Source: Alphaproteobacteria bacterium
GTDB taxonomy: Bacteria > Pseudomonadota > Alphaproteobacteria > MPNO01 > UBA830
Length of the DNA stretch: 64,000 bases
Assembly: GCA_964291215.2 (NCBI GenBank)
Contig: OZ219790.1
Location: 352,001-416,000 of the forward strand
Reading direction: 5' to 3'
Part shown: positions 51,701 to 60,695 of the stretch, in pieces
How positions within the stretch are numbered: the stretch's first letter is position 1
How the letters are laid out: each line of letters starts with the position of its first letter
Notes under the pieces: generated by a model
What the model was told of the DNA's origin: nothing
The model's database searches: none
The model's input: only the letters and a program-made list of their open reading frames with translations
Translations under genes and position numbers: made by a program

Positions 51701-52416
51701 ACTCCCAGCCGGATCCGTTTGTCGGTTCAGTTGCTGAACACACTCATAAGGTAATTTCTGGAGGCGTTGACGCCCTTTCAGCCGTATTTGCCCGCGTCCC
51801 CGCAGCAGTCGACAACGACAATCTGGCAGATGCGCTACGGACGTTCCTTGCGGACCTAGAGGGAGACGGCATCCCTGCATTGAGGCTCGAAGCGGCGGCC
51901 TTGAAGGTCGTGCCCGAAATGCTGGAACGGGTGATCGGGCGAGTGAAGGCCGCGTTGTCTGACACCGAGCGCGGCGTGATAGTCGATGCGCTGTCTGCGA
52001 CGGAACTTCTGGCGGCGCATACGCTGCCGGAGGACAGGCGCGAGACATTTTCCGCAGTGGAGACGACGCTTGCCGATGGTATCTGGTGGCGCCACCGTCC
52101 AGCGCTTGCCGCGAGGCTGCGCTATACGGGGAGCCTGGTCAGGAGGCTGCCCTGGTTCCTGCCCAGGGAGAGAGAATGCGGTCTGCTGGCAGGCCTCGGT
52201 CATATCTCCGAAGAAACCGATCAGAACCGCGTCAGGGGTAACGATGGGGACGAACTGATCCCGACCCGGGCCTCGGCCGCGGCCCTGGCATCGGCGTTGG
52301 CTGAGCGCTACAGCGCGTTGGGGAAGGAGGAGCCGGGATCGATCAGGCGCTGGCGGGCGATCTGTAGCGACTCCAGTGAATTCGTAGAGGTCCGCAATGC
52401 GTGGACAGCGCTCTAA
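48745..52416 (+). CDS. SIR2-domain anti-phage protein, Dsr1-like (about 1220 aa)
   Basis: N-terminal SIR2 motifs VMVGAGFS, FTTNYD, VKLHGS and LVGFSADDPNF; WRRQRLDYPGW; long helical C-terminus; uninterrupted ORF. Confidence 0.88.
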   Translation: MSDEAPAHVKCCLDDLAARLWANKAAVMVGAGFSLNASSEFPIWQKLGDRFYERIHGCSPGDDARYLDILKLAGQVQAMFGRPALDDLLRQAIPDRHPPSLLHSRLLGLPWKDVFTTNYDTLLERALPAVPLKHYTVVTTEKEIPDAEGARIVKLHGSFPEGPFIITEEDYRRYPLDHDPFVNTVRQALLENKLCLVGFSADDPNFLQWLGWMRDHIGRKDALGIYLVALGRLGEADNQLLCDRGIVPIDLSWIAPGHEKREEEALNWLLKELEERKPRVSEWPRVSPEEQPWLRQSDPHRYGEVVEEWRRQRLDYPGWVVAPAEGRLQLWLHTENWLSHLSGLSGAERQALEPGLDLDLAFELAWRLDRCLMPLRVPTVGDLSSFLEEVEHKYGNASAEFLEEVGRETTCVVAAVFEVRLWLMRHYREQGLHDEWEAVRRRLEASLNLNAITLEYRARFRLETALQALFRFDPEEARQLLADEWPDNDATPFLDTNRTVLLAELQGDKDARPALESSLATIRRQQRQNRGADDYTLVSQESVVMLHYQMLDSGLLTVEEDSEQPSGIDLRDLTERQNELVRYNCAPHREVELLSAHVRSAPPTPPWSTRVETPDFDTGLVFRNYRFGPDEEALSAYRLLRMYEDLGMPYRIGYTTFVGRWLEGAVRRMGMQSPHWALVAIARLGSERAADSLFDREYLAGLTQTEVDRHCDAYLKALDRIVSMFEGTAPSGDGILEPLARTLPEVFSRLCCKCSPEYRECLVEMLGRIYGLPPRWRLVFNIPRFVHRLLESMSAVELARAAPTLIGLPQPLPMGPGGGISVGEHVHPVLLVNLPEPVRPGALGIQPGKVDELLDRMSCSTSKAERDWAAAPLVWLHEKDQLDEEQSKRLGNLVWDGVEAPEVPVVPGYPDFMCLRLPHPADIDPEPLVKQRLRSKIPHWGRTVPDNSMNELRNSAFWVKWTRPEAKELLAEASNWWRSNKHGTHDSQPDPFVGSVAEHTHKVISGGVDALSAVFARVPAAVDNDNLADALRTFLADLEGDGIPALRLEAAALKVVPEMLERVIGRVKAALSDTERGVIVDALSATELLAAHTLPEDRRETFSAVETTLADGIWWRHRPALAARLRYTGSLVRRLPWFLPRERECGLLAGLGHISEETDQNRVRGNDGDELIPTRASAAALASALAERYSALGKEEPGSIRRWRAICSDSSEFVEVRNAWTAL

Positions 52417-52477
52417 CGGCCGCCCCCAGACCGGCGCGATTCGCAGACGCATGCGCTCACGCAGGGTCTTTTCTTCT

Positions 52478-52500
52478 CCCGGGATCTACGGGATCCCGGG
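52478..52500. terminator. Perfect 9-bp hairpin between convergent genes
   Basis: CCCGGGATC-TACGG-GATCCCGGG; no U-tract after the stem on either strand, so terminator function is uncertain. Confidence 0.4.
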
Positions 52501-52587
52501 GGGAGACGGCCGGTGCACCGGGAGCTTCATACCCGCGGGATCATGCGACCAGTGGAGGTCAGGGGCCATCGCAGCGCCTCCGGGCTG

Positions 52588-52761
52588 TCAGGAAGCCGCC
52601 AGGTGCCGATAGACGCCCGAGCGCCGGTCTATGTCGTCCTCGATGGCCTGCATCATCGCATCGGATGTCGCCTCGCGCCGCGCCGTCGATGCCCGGCTCG
52701 TCTCCTCTTTCGGCTCCGCTTCGGCGGGCGCCTCCGGCCGGTTCCTGTCGATGTCCGTCAT
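52588..52761 (-). CDS. Small hypothetical protein (57 aa), possible antitoxin-like peptide
   Basis: Not in the ORF track. MTDIDRNRPEAPAEAEPKEETSRASTARREATSDAMMQAIEDDIDRRSGVYRHLAAS; GAGG RBS; ATGA overlap with the upstream ORF. Confidence 0.6.
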   Translation of the reverse strand: MTDIDRNRPEAPAEAEPKEETSRASTARREATSDAMMQAIEDDIDRRSGVYRHLAAS

Positions 52762-52787
52762 TTCGTGGCCTCTCTCTCGAGCAGCTT
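52744..52787 (-). repeat. Direct repeat copy B (44 bp): KLLEREA coding end, RBS and MTDIDR start
   Basis: Minus strand AAGCTGCTCGAGAGAGAGGCCACGAAATGACGGACATCGACAGG. Confidence 0.85.
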
Positions 52788-53222
52788 TGGCGCGGCACGC
52801 CCCATCCCCTTCAGGGCGTGGAGGCTACAGCGGGGGAAAGACGAATTGGTTGAGGTAGCGCACAAGAGACGGCGCTGGTAGTGGTGAGTCCGGGCATGTC
52901 GGGCCAGATCCTCGACCGTGACCCCGCAGCCGGCAAGCAGAATCGAGCACTCATGGGGACGGATGGCCGAGAGCATCCAGTCGACGGCTGCACTGTGAGG
53001 GCAATCGGGGTCCGGCGGCCGCGCCAGGGCGGCAATTTTGCCGGCCCCGGTCGGGCGCGGCCCGGGCATTCCGGCGCAGTGCTTGCGCGCGATACGCCCG
53101 GCCAGAGCCTCTGCATCGGGCCACAGCGGGGATTTCCAATTGGCGACCTCGCGTGAGTGTGCGGCAAACGCTTCCGGACTGCACAATTCCACGGGCTCCA
53201 GATGTCCATGACGGTGCCTCAT
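52758..53222 (-). CDS. Hypothetical protein coupled to the nucleotidyltransferase (possible frameshift near 52870)
   Basis: ATGA overlap at 53219-53222; Cys/His-containing; an alternative frame gives the ending SLVRYLNQFVFPPL-stop. Confidence 0.6.
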   Translation of the reverse strand: MRHRHGHLEPVELCSPEAFAAHSREVANWKSPLWPDAEALAGRIARKHCAGMPGPRPTGAGKIAALARPPDPDCPHSAAVDWMLSAIRPHECSILLAGCGVTVEDLARHARTHHYQRRLLCATSTNSSFPRCSLHALKGMGRAAPKLLEREATK

Positions 53223-54010
53223 TGTCCCGGGCCCGTGATGCCGTCGTCATCCTCCGGGACCGCCAGCGCGGATGGCGGAACGCTGAGGGCATCGATCACG
53301 GCCTCCTTGAACGCCTCTCCGGTCCATTGGAAATGCGGCTCCACCAGGGGCTTCACCTTGTCGTTGAGGAGACGGTCCCCCGAAATCTTCTGCTGGATGA
53401 TATCCTGGACAGTCTCGATGTTCCTCGGGTCGGCCCGTCCCAAGGCCGCCCGGAGAGATGGCAAATCGAATTCTCTCGCGCACACAATGTCGAAGAGGTC
53501 ACGAGTGGCGATTTCACCGGCCTCGTACATTCGCCGCACGATCTTCCCGTAGAGAATGTCCACGTTCGAATGCAAGGCGAGCCCGGTGCCGGCCAATCGG
53601 GTCGTGTGGAGGGGATCCAGGTTGAAACTTCTGGGCAGAACGGTCACCTCAGTGCCGTCGATCTCGGCATAGGTCCCGATGGAATCGCACCAGGTCGATT
53701 CTGCCTTGCATCCCGGGATCGCCTTGATGGCAGCTTCCAGGCGTTCAAGTTCCGACCGTCCTAGGGCGTCGTAGGCACCCGGCGTGCAGAACAGGTCCAC
53801 GTCCAGGGAAACCCGGTGGCCCCACCGGGCCGCCAGAACCGTGCCTCCCCGGAACGACAGGTGTTCCGGGGAGATGAACTCCGAAAGCACGTTGAACATG
53901 CACCGCGTCACCAGACCCGGGTGGCCGGGGACTTCCTCCTCCTTCTGCCCGGACCTGTTCCGGGTATCCGGTTCGGGTGCGTCCCGCCTTGGCCTGTCGA
54001 TATCCGTCAT
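53219..54010 (-). CDS. Nucleotidyltransferase, AbiEii/AbiGii toxin superfamily
   Basis: FRGGTVLAARWGHRVSLDVDLF (GGT..RxSxDxD), ILYGKI and TRDLFD motifs. Confidence 0.88.
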   Translation of the reverse strand: MTDIDRPRRDAPEPDTRNRSGQKEEEVPGHPGLVTRCMFNVLSEFISPEHLSFRGGTVLAARWGHRVSLDVDLFCTPGAYDALGRSELERLEAAIKAIPGCKAESTWCDSIGTYAEIDGTEVTVLPRSFNLDPLHTTRLAGTGLALHSNVDILYGKIVRRMYEAGEIATRDLFDIVCAREFDLPSLRAALGRADPRNIETVQDIIQQKISGDRLLNDKVKPLVEPHFQWTGEAFKEAVIDALSVPPSALAVPEDDDGITGPGQ

Positions 54011-54037
54011 TCAGGCGGCCTCTCTCTCCAGCAGCTT
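53993..54037 (-). repeat. Direct repeat copy A (45 bp): resolvase 3' end, RBS and MTDIDR start
   Basis: Minus strand AAGCTGCTGGAGAGAGAGGCCGCCTGAATGACGGATATCGACAGG. Confidence 0.85.
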
Positions 54038-54299
54038 CTGGCCCGGCTCCTTCGGTGTGCCGTCGCCGTTGACATACATGTAGAGCGTTGTCGTCGTGAT
54101 TCCGAGCCGGCGCGCGAGGTCCTGGGCATTGGTCTCACGCAACGCCATGGCGTTCATCGCCATCCGGAGCGGCGCGGTCCATCTTTCGCGGGCGTCCGCC
54201 CAGGCGTCCTCTCGCCCGCGCCGCGGCCAGGCCGGCCCGGGTGCGCTCGGCGATGAGCTCGCGCTCGAACTCCGCGAGTGATGCGAAAATCCCGAACAC
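54011..54299 (-). pseudogene. Serine resolvase/invertase, C-terminal remnant
   Basis: VFGIFASLAEFERELIAERTRAGLAAARARGRLGGRPRKM..ARRLGITTTTLYMYVNGDG..KLLEREAA-stop; 5' part replaced by an ISKra4 fragment. Confidence 0.9.
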
Positions 54300-54534
54300 A
54301 GAGGATGAAGCGCTCCGGCATGCGATGGCGCATCGCCGGCGAGCAGGCCGTCCTCACCGTACGACCGTACGCGCCCTCATCAAATCCGGACGCTTCGACC
54401 GCGCATGGGAAATCCTCATGAGCGATGCCGATACCCCGGCCAACGACAACAACTGCACCGACTACGCCCCCAGGCGCACCGCATGAGCCCCATCAGCCGA
54501 CCGGTCCCGGCATCGCCATGTCAGACTCACGCCC
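54300..54534 (+). mobile_element. ISKra4-family 3' remnant with right TIR
   Basis: RMKRSGMRWRIAGEQAVLT..RALIKSGRFDRAW..PANDN; ends GCCATGTCAGACTCACGCCC. Confidence 0.8.
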
Positions 54535-56231
54535 CTCCGGATGCCTTCTTTATCCATCCGAAATCGGAAACGTAGCTTTCTGCCTGCGGCAGAATCTGAT
54601 TCAGAACCTGACGGTGGCGAAGTACGATTCTCTCCGCTTCCAGTGCCTTGACCGCGTCCTCGGCCTTCCCTTCCTCGAGCCGTCGAATATCCACCTCGAT
54701 CTGCGCAATAAGACCAGCGAGTCCGTCCGCAACGTTCTCGAAGACGGGAGACGGAATTTCACCATCTCCTGCCTCCAGCACTGCAAGAATTGTAGACCTG
54801 TCTGCATCCAGGGCCTCTATGACTTCGAGCACCTGTTTGGATAGCGCCGGGTTCAGCCTCGTGAAGTGAGTCCGCACGGTCGTGTTCTCCGAAAGGAAAA
54901 TCCAGCCGGAGTTCCTTCAGTTCCCGAACGGACCGGTCGAGTCGGGCACTGGCCTTCTCGGCATCGCTGTGCGCCTGACTGGCCAGGAACTCCCAGAAGC
55001 GCCTGATGAGAGCCGCAGAGGCGGCATCGAGAGGTCTGTGGCACAACAGGCAATGATCGCCGTCGTGCGGATAATCGTCTCGTTCCCGGCGTGCCAACGT
55101 GTTGGCGGCGGCGAGAAATTGTTCCCACTCCGGCGTTCCGATGCTCTCGAAGAAATCCCGCCTGAATGCTTCCGCGCCTTCCGCCGCCACAAGGCGGGCC
55201 GTTTGACGGAACGCCGCGAGTTGAATTCGATAGGTCGCGCGCCTGTCTTCGGTCAGAGGCTTGCTGCTTTCCAGCAGGCGCCCTTGGAGCCCGACGATAT
55301 CCCGTTTTGCATCCTGCAGTTGCTTGACGGCTTCCGCGACCGATCTGGAACGCAGTTCTTTTATCTGCCGCTGAACCTCTTCCAGTCTCGCCGTCTCGGT
55401 TTCTCCGAACGTAGCCAGCAGGCGAAGCTCCGCGAGATCGGTCTCTGCATCCAGCCCGGCTACGAATTTGAAAACGGAGCTCTCCGGCGCCACAAAGCTG
55501 TTTATCAAGGCGTTGTCCCGGTCCCGGTGTGCAATCTCCGCCCCAAGTCGATTGCCAAGCTCGGTGTAGACTCGAGCCATCTCGGGAAACACGTCGAACC
55601 CAGCTGGCTTGAAACCGAGAGGACTTTGCTCCACCAGATGCGTGTGCGCCACAGCCGTATCGAACACGGCAATCCGCCTGAGTTCCGAATGCTACGTGGA
55701 GCCATCGAACTCAAAGACTGTCTCCTGCTGGGTACCGTCTGCGATGACAATCTTCGCAGCAGGCTCCCCCAGTGGATCCTCTTCATACACGTTCGGAAGA
55801 ATGGGATGTTGCATACGGCTGAAGCAGACGTTGGACAGAATTCGCGTATAGCCGCTCTTGCCGACGCCATTGCCGCCATAGATAACGGTGAGGGTCGGCG
55901 AAAAGCTCAGTTCTCCGCCCGCTGGCAGTGCGTTGATGGAACAGAGGTCGCCAATTCTCCGCAACCGGATTGGCATGGGAGCGACCTCGGCCGGCCGGCC
56001 CGAGATCTCCACCGACACCTCGGTCAGGGGATCGGACGCTTCGGCAAGGCCGTGATCCTGCAGAAACACTTGGTACACCCGCTCGATTTGTTCATCGCTG
56101 AGTCGCCCGATGCGGACGGTGTTGGCAAGCACAAACCGCTGCCACGGCTTGAACCCCTTGGCCCATCCATCGAGCTGACTCCAGATCGTGGCCCGCGGGT
56201 TCTGCGCCCCGGATTCCCGTTTCTCCGCCAT
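54535..56231 (-). pseudogene. Rad50/RloC-like coiled-coil ATPase with zinc hook, frameshifted and truncated
   Basis: Walker A VIYGGNGVGKSG; coiled coil; HCLLCHRP CxxC hook; split over three ORFs (55692-56231, 54759-55667, 54527-54877); C-terminal half absent. Confidence 0.82.
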
Positions 56232-57687
56232 ATTTTCCTTCTCACAATTCCGTCTCGTGACCGCGCCGGCTCATTGTTCGAAAATTGTCCCGGGGTATCT
56301 ACTCACCCCTAGTTGGGTTCTGATTGGTCGTGGTGCTCGTTGATGATGTCTGCGGCTTTTCCGTCGAGGGCGATCTGGGTTGCGACGTGATGATTGTAGC
56401 CGAGTGCGGCCATGGAGGTGAGGTAGCTTGAGCCCCGGCACCATGCTTTTGCGTGGAGCGGAAGCATCCGGACACCTTGAGCTTGACCTTTGCCATCCTG
56501 ATCTTCTGCTCTCCGGCATTGTTGGTGAAGCTGACGTCGGGGTCGTCTATGAAGCGCAGGTTTTCGTGTTTCACGAGACGTTCGTGCAGGTTGTGTGCGT
56601 CGGACTTTGCTATGCGTCCACGTTTTCCTTTCGTCGGGATGTCGGGCAGTTCCTTGGCGCCCTGAGTGAGGATGGTGCGGTAGCGCTTGTGCACGGCCCG
56701 GCGGTCGGCCTCGTTCAGGGTTTTGGATGCGCTCTTGTTGACCTTGTGGCAGACCTCGCGGAGCAGGCTCTTCATCAGTCGCGCCCAGCGGTAGCCGTTG
56801 GATTCGACGACAAAGGTCAGTTCGCGCAGCAGGTGGCTGCCGCACAGCTGGTGGCTACACTGGCCCATGTACGAGGCCCAGCAGTCGTGGACCAGGACGC
56901 CCCTGTAGCACGGGATGATGCCGATCTCTTGCCTCTCGGCCGCGCTTGCGGTGCGGGAACTTGCACGTCAGGGTTCCGTCGGTGACCACATGGAGCCACT
57001 TGCCGTTGATCCGAAATCGTCGACATCGGGCGTTGCAGGAGGTGCGCCACGGCGGCCTCCTCCCATGACGCGAGCGCATCGTGAAAGCGCCGGACATAGC
57101 TGAGGCAGGTTACCTCGGAGAGCTTGATGCCGGAGATCGCCTGCACGAGCGCGACGGCACGGCGCAGGGACAGCATCTGGGCGACCAGCAGGTTGATGAC
57201 GAGGGCCTGGATGCCGATGCCGTACTGCACGGGATGTTGTCGGGGAACCGGCCCCGGGCCTTGCACTTCGGGCATTCCTTGATCTCGGCGCGGCGCTCGA
57301 CGACCTCGAACACGATGTCGTAGAGGACGCGGCGCTCCCGATCGACGGGGCCGTCGATGTCGGCGCCGCAGGCGTCGCAAGCATCGACCGCGACCGTCTC
57401 CTCGACGATGATCTTGCGCAGGTTGTCGCCCATCTGCTGGTTTGGCTTCGGGCCCTTGCCGTTGCTCCCGGCACGCTCTCGTCTTTGTCCGTCTGTGACG
57501 GCGGCAGACCGGAGTTCCGGCTCGTGCGTGGTCTTCTCCAGAAGGACGACGATGAGGATGTCGAGCAGGATGACGAAGACGCGGATCACGGCCTCTTTCG
57601 GCACCTTGCCGGCCGCACGCAGCGCCGCGGTCCGGGTCTTGGCCGCTTCGAACTCCTCGCGCAGCGACGCCGCGTTGACCGTCGCCA

Positions 57688-57840
57688 TCACCCGGCCTCG
57701 ACGGTCATGATCGTCGCGAGCATCGCCTGGCGCTCGCCCGGCGGCATCTTCCGGTACTCCGCTGCCCGGCCTTGCGCTTCATCAGCGCGCCGCCTCCGAT
57801 GGCACAGCCCGCTCGTCGCCTTCGATCCAAAGTAGCTCAC
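57688..57840 (-). pseudogene. Internally deleted DNA adenine methyltransferase-like passenger gene
   Basis: GTG start gives MSYFGSKATSGLC (resembles the Dam-type YxGxK N-terminus), joined directly to a short C-terminal helix; stop overlaps the transposase start. Confidence 0.5.
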
Positions 57841-57876
57841 TGCCGGTCCCCGTCGTTCTCGATAACCACCACTAAA

Positions 57877-59739
57877 CCGAAGTTCCAGCACTGATCAGAC
57901 GTATCATTATGAATGTATTGACGTTTGAAAAAATCAGGTGTGTCGCTACTGGGAACGCTACAAGCGTACGCCGAGGTAGTCCAGGGCCTTTTTCTGGAGC
58001 GGCGTGGGCCGCGTGGTGACCTGGAAGGGTTGGGCGCCCGCAAGGCGGGGCGCCACGGTGTTGCGGGTGGCGAGATTGTCGATGAGGGTGGAGAAGCTGT
58101 GCCACCCCCGGGTGTCCTCTTGGTTGCCGCCTTGGCCCGGGCGCTCGCCGAGACCTCTGCTGGCGCCACGACGGAAGGGCGCCTTCGGCATCCTCGTCGT
58201 CGAACAGCATGGGCTTCAGTCGCATGTGCCATTCGATGTAGTAGGCGAGCATGCACAGGAAGACATGGGCCCGGGGCTCGGTGCGGTGGTAGACGGGACG
58301 GACCTTCAGATCCACGGTCTTCAGGCTGCGGAAGGCCCGTTCCACCGAACTCAACCGCTTGTAGGCGCGCACCGTGCCGGGACCGTCGAGCTCGCTCTGC
58401 GGCAGGCTGGTGCGGATCACGTAGAGGCCGTCGAGCCTAGCCTCGGCAGCGATCGCAGCCTCATCGCGCCCATAGGTGAAGACACCGTCATCGTCGATGG
58501 ACCACGTGAAGTGCTTCGCCATCTTGTACTTGCCGATGACCTTCCGCTCCCCGATCTTCCCGGCACCCTTGAGACGGCGCTTGTCGCGCCGTGTCGCTGC
58601 TGCGATCGGTTCAAGCAGGGCCTCGGTGGCCTCAAGCAGTTCCTGGCGCTTGCGAGCCCGATCTTCGGCCAGCAGCGGGTTGCAGCACACCATGAGGCGT
58701 TCGCCGGGATACGCATCGCTGGTGATCTCCACCAGGTCCCTCTCGTCGAAGAGCGACATCTCGACGTCGCCGGCCTCCACAAGGGCGCGGATGGCCGGTC
58801 CCCTCAAGGCGCTGATCCAGTCCAGGCCCGCAGGCTTCACCTCCTCGCGTATGCGCGCCTCGGTCAGCATCCCCCGGTCTCCCACCAGCACCACCTTCGC
58901 CAGGGAGAAGCGCTCCTGCAGCGTGGTGATCTGTGACGCAACCGTCCCGGGGTCCGCCGTGTTGCCGGGGAACACTTCCACCGACACCGGACAGCCGTCC
59001 CGATCGCACAGAAGGCCGGCTGCAGCTTGCCCTTCTTGCCGTCCCGGGAATGACCCCGTTTGGCCAAGGGACACCCCTCCATCCACACTGAAGTCAGGTC
59101 ATAGAGCACCAGGCAGCCCTCTTCGAGGCGCCGCTTCGCCAGGGACCGCTCGATCCTCTCCTGACGCTCCAAGAGCCAGGCGCCGTAGAGGGCGTCCTCG
59201 TCCATCTCCGCATCGAGGATCTCGCCCAGGGTGGAGACCGCTGTGGCCTCGGCCAGACCCCGTGCCGTGGCCAGCTTCGAAGCGGGCTCGAGGATGCGTG
59301 CCACGATCATGGCCAGGACCTGATCGCGCGAGGGCTTCGGGTCGATCAACCTGTCCAGCTTCTTCAGGGTTCCCAGCACCCCGGCGACATGGGGAAGGGA
59401 GCGGACGATGTCGAAGGCATCGTCACCGAGGGGTTCGTTCTTCAAGAGGCGCCGCAGGGTCTCGACCTTCTCCATGGGCCAGGAGGAGAGATTGGCGATG
59501 GTGCGCTTCTTGACCTTGCCGTTCTCGCGCCATCCTTCGCGCAGGAGGACGGCGGGGGGTGAGTTGCGGTTGGGGACGATGTCTACGTACATGGCAACCT
59601 ATATAGGGATGAAAGCTCAATTTATCAAGGGAAAAATTCATAATTACATGGGAACATTTTCACGTCATCATCGCCTTATCTTGTCAACACAATCAAGCAG
59701 TTGTCGTGATTTTTCTGCTGAAATCGGCGGGAACTTCGG
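57877..59739 (-). mobile_element. IS1634-family element, full length, frameshifted transposase
   Basis: TIRs CCGAAGTTCC / GGAACTTCGG; 6-bp TSD ACTAAA (57871-57876, 59740-59745); LYDLTS, VGDRGM and VERAFRSLK DDE motifs. Confidence 0.95.
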
Positions 59740-59887
59740 ACTAAACGAATCGGCCTGCAGTGTCAAATCTCCACGAAAACCCGTTCGTTGCTCTACCCCG
59801 ACATCAAGCCAGAACCAGGGGGTGAGCAGTTACGTCCCGGGTACCGAAATCGCTGCGATTTGAGGCGGCCCCGGTTCGTCGTACAAC

Positions 59888-60333
59888 CTAGCGATTGATA
59901 TTGTTTTCGTCCGTTTGACGGGCTTTTGTCAGGGGGGCCAGCGTCACCCGGAGCGGTTTCGCGTGCGGCTGGGCGGGATGCGCGGTGAGGTTGAGTGGGT
60001 ACTGGCGCCATGCCGTGTTTTCCGCTCCTTGCGGAGCGGGCAGAGCCAGATGTTCTTCTTCGGCTTGTCGGCCCTGTTGTGTCGGTCGTAGCGGCCGCGC
60101 CCTCTGGTTGTTCCGACGCGGATCCAGCCCGCGGTCTGGTAGACGCCGCCGCCGTGGCGCGGGACCTCGACCAAGGTCTCGCAGGGCACGGCCGTGGTGC
60201 CGTAGCGCTCGGTCCAGTCTCCATGCGGCGGTCGAGAAGCCGAGCATGGCCAGCGGTTCGCCGTTTCGGTCATGGACCGCGCAGCGCATCTGCGCGCTGC
60301 GCGCCGGCCAGGCGCGTATATCCGAGGTGGGGA
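59888..60333 (-). pseudogene. DUF4338 (DruA-like) domain gene fragment, internally deleted
   Basis: AQMRCAVHDRNGEPLAMLGFSTAAWRL / DWTERYG..CETLVE..GGVYQTAGWIRVGTTRGRGRYDR..KNIWLCPL. Confidence 0.7.
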
Positions 60334-60668
60334 TCAGAAGTTTCCCCGGGCAGCCTTCTCGAGAATCTTCTTGTCCAACGCCAGATCGGAAACCGCCCGG
60401 CGCAGTCGCTCGTTCTCCTTCTCCAGATCCTTCAGGCGGCGCAGCCGATCGCCGTTCATCCCGGCATACTCTTTGCGCTACCGGTAGAAGGTGACCTCGC
60501 TGATCCCGACCCGTCGGATCGCCTCTGCCATCGACAGGTCCTGGCCGTGCAGCACCTCCACCTGCCGCAGCAGGAGGATGATCGGGTCCGGCTGGTAACA
60601 CTTTCTGGCCATGGTTGGCCCTCCTCATCCTGAACCTTAGGGTGAACCAGTTTCAGGGGGGCAGACCA
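60334..60668 (-). mobile_element. IS3-family left end plus orfA pseudogene
   Basis: TGGTCTGCCCC terminus; from 60612 MARKCYQPDPIILLLRQVE..TFYR-stop-RKEYAGM..LKDLEKENERLRRAVSDLALDK..GNF with GGGAAAC slippery site; orfB missing. Confidence 0.88.
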
Positions 60669-60695
60669 CTACCGTGCGGTGAAGCTCTTGGAGAC

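Larger units (their letters stand above)
56295..59833 (-). mobile_element. IS66-family element with 8-bp TSD, methyltransferase passenger remnant and nested IS1634
   Basis: Ends GTATCTACTCACCCC / GGGGTGAGCAGTTAC; TSD GTCCCGGG at 56287-56294 and 59834-59841; degenerate TnpC from 57688 (CDACG, CPKC, HQLCGSHLLREL, FTNNAGEQKIRMAKVKLKVSGCFR). Confidence 0.92.

Noticed and set aside
59888-60333. Druantia defence system from DUF4338/DruA-like fragments (also 22948-23230)
   Set aside because: Only broken fragments in IS context; no DruE helicase or other dru genes.
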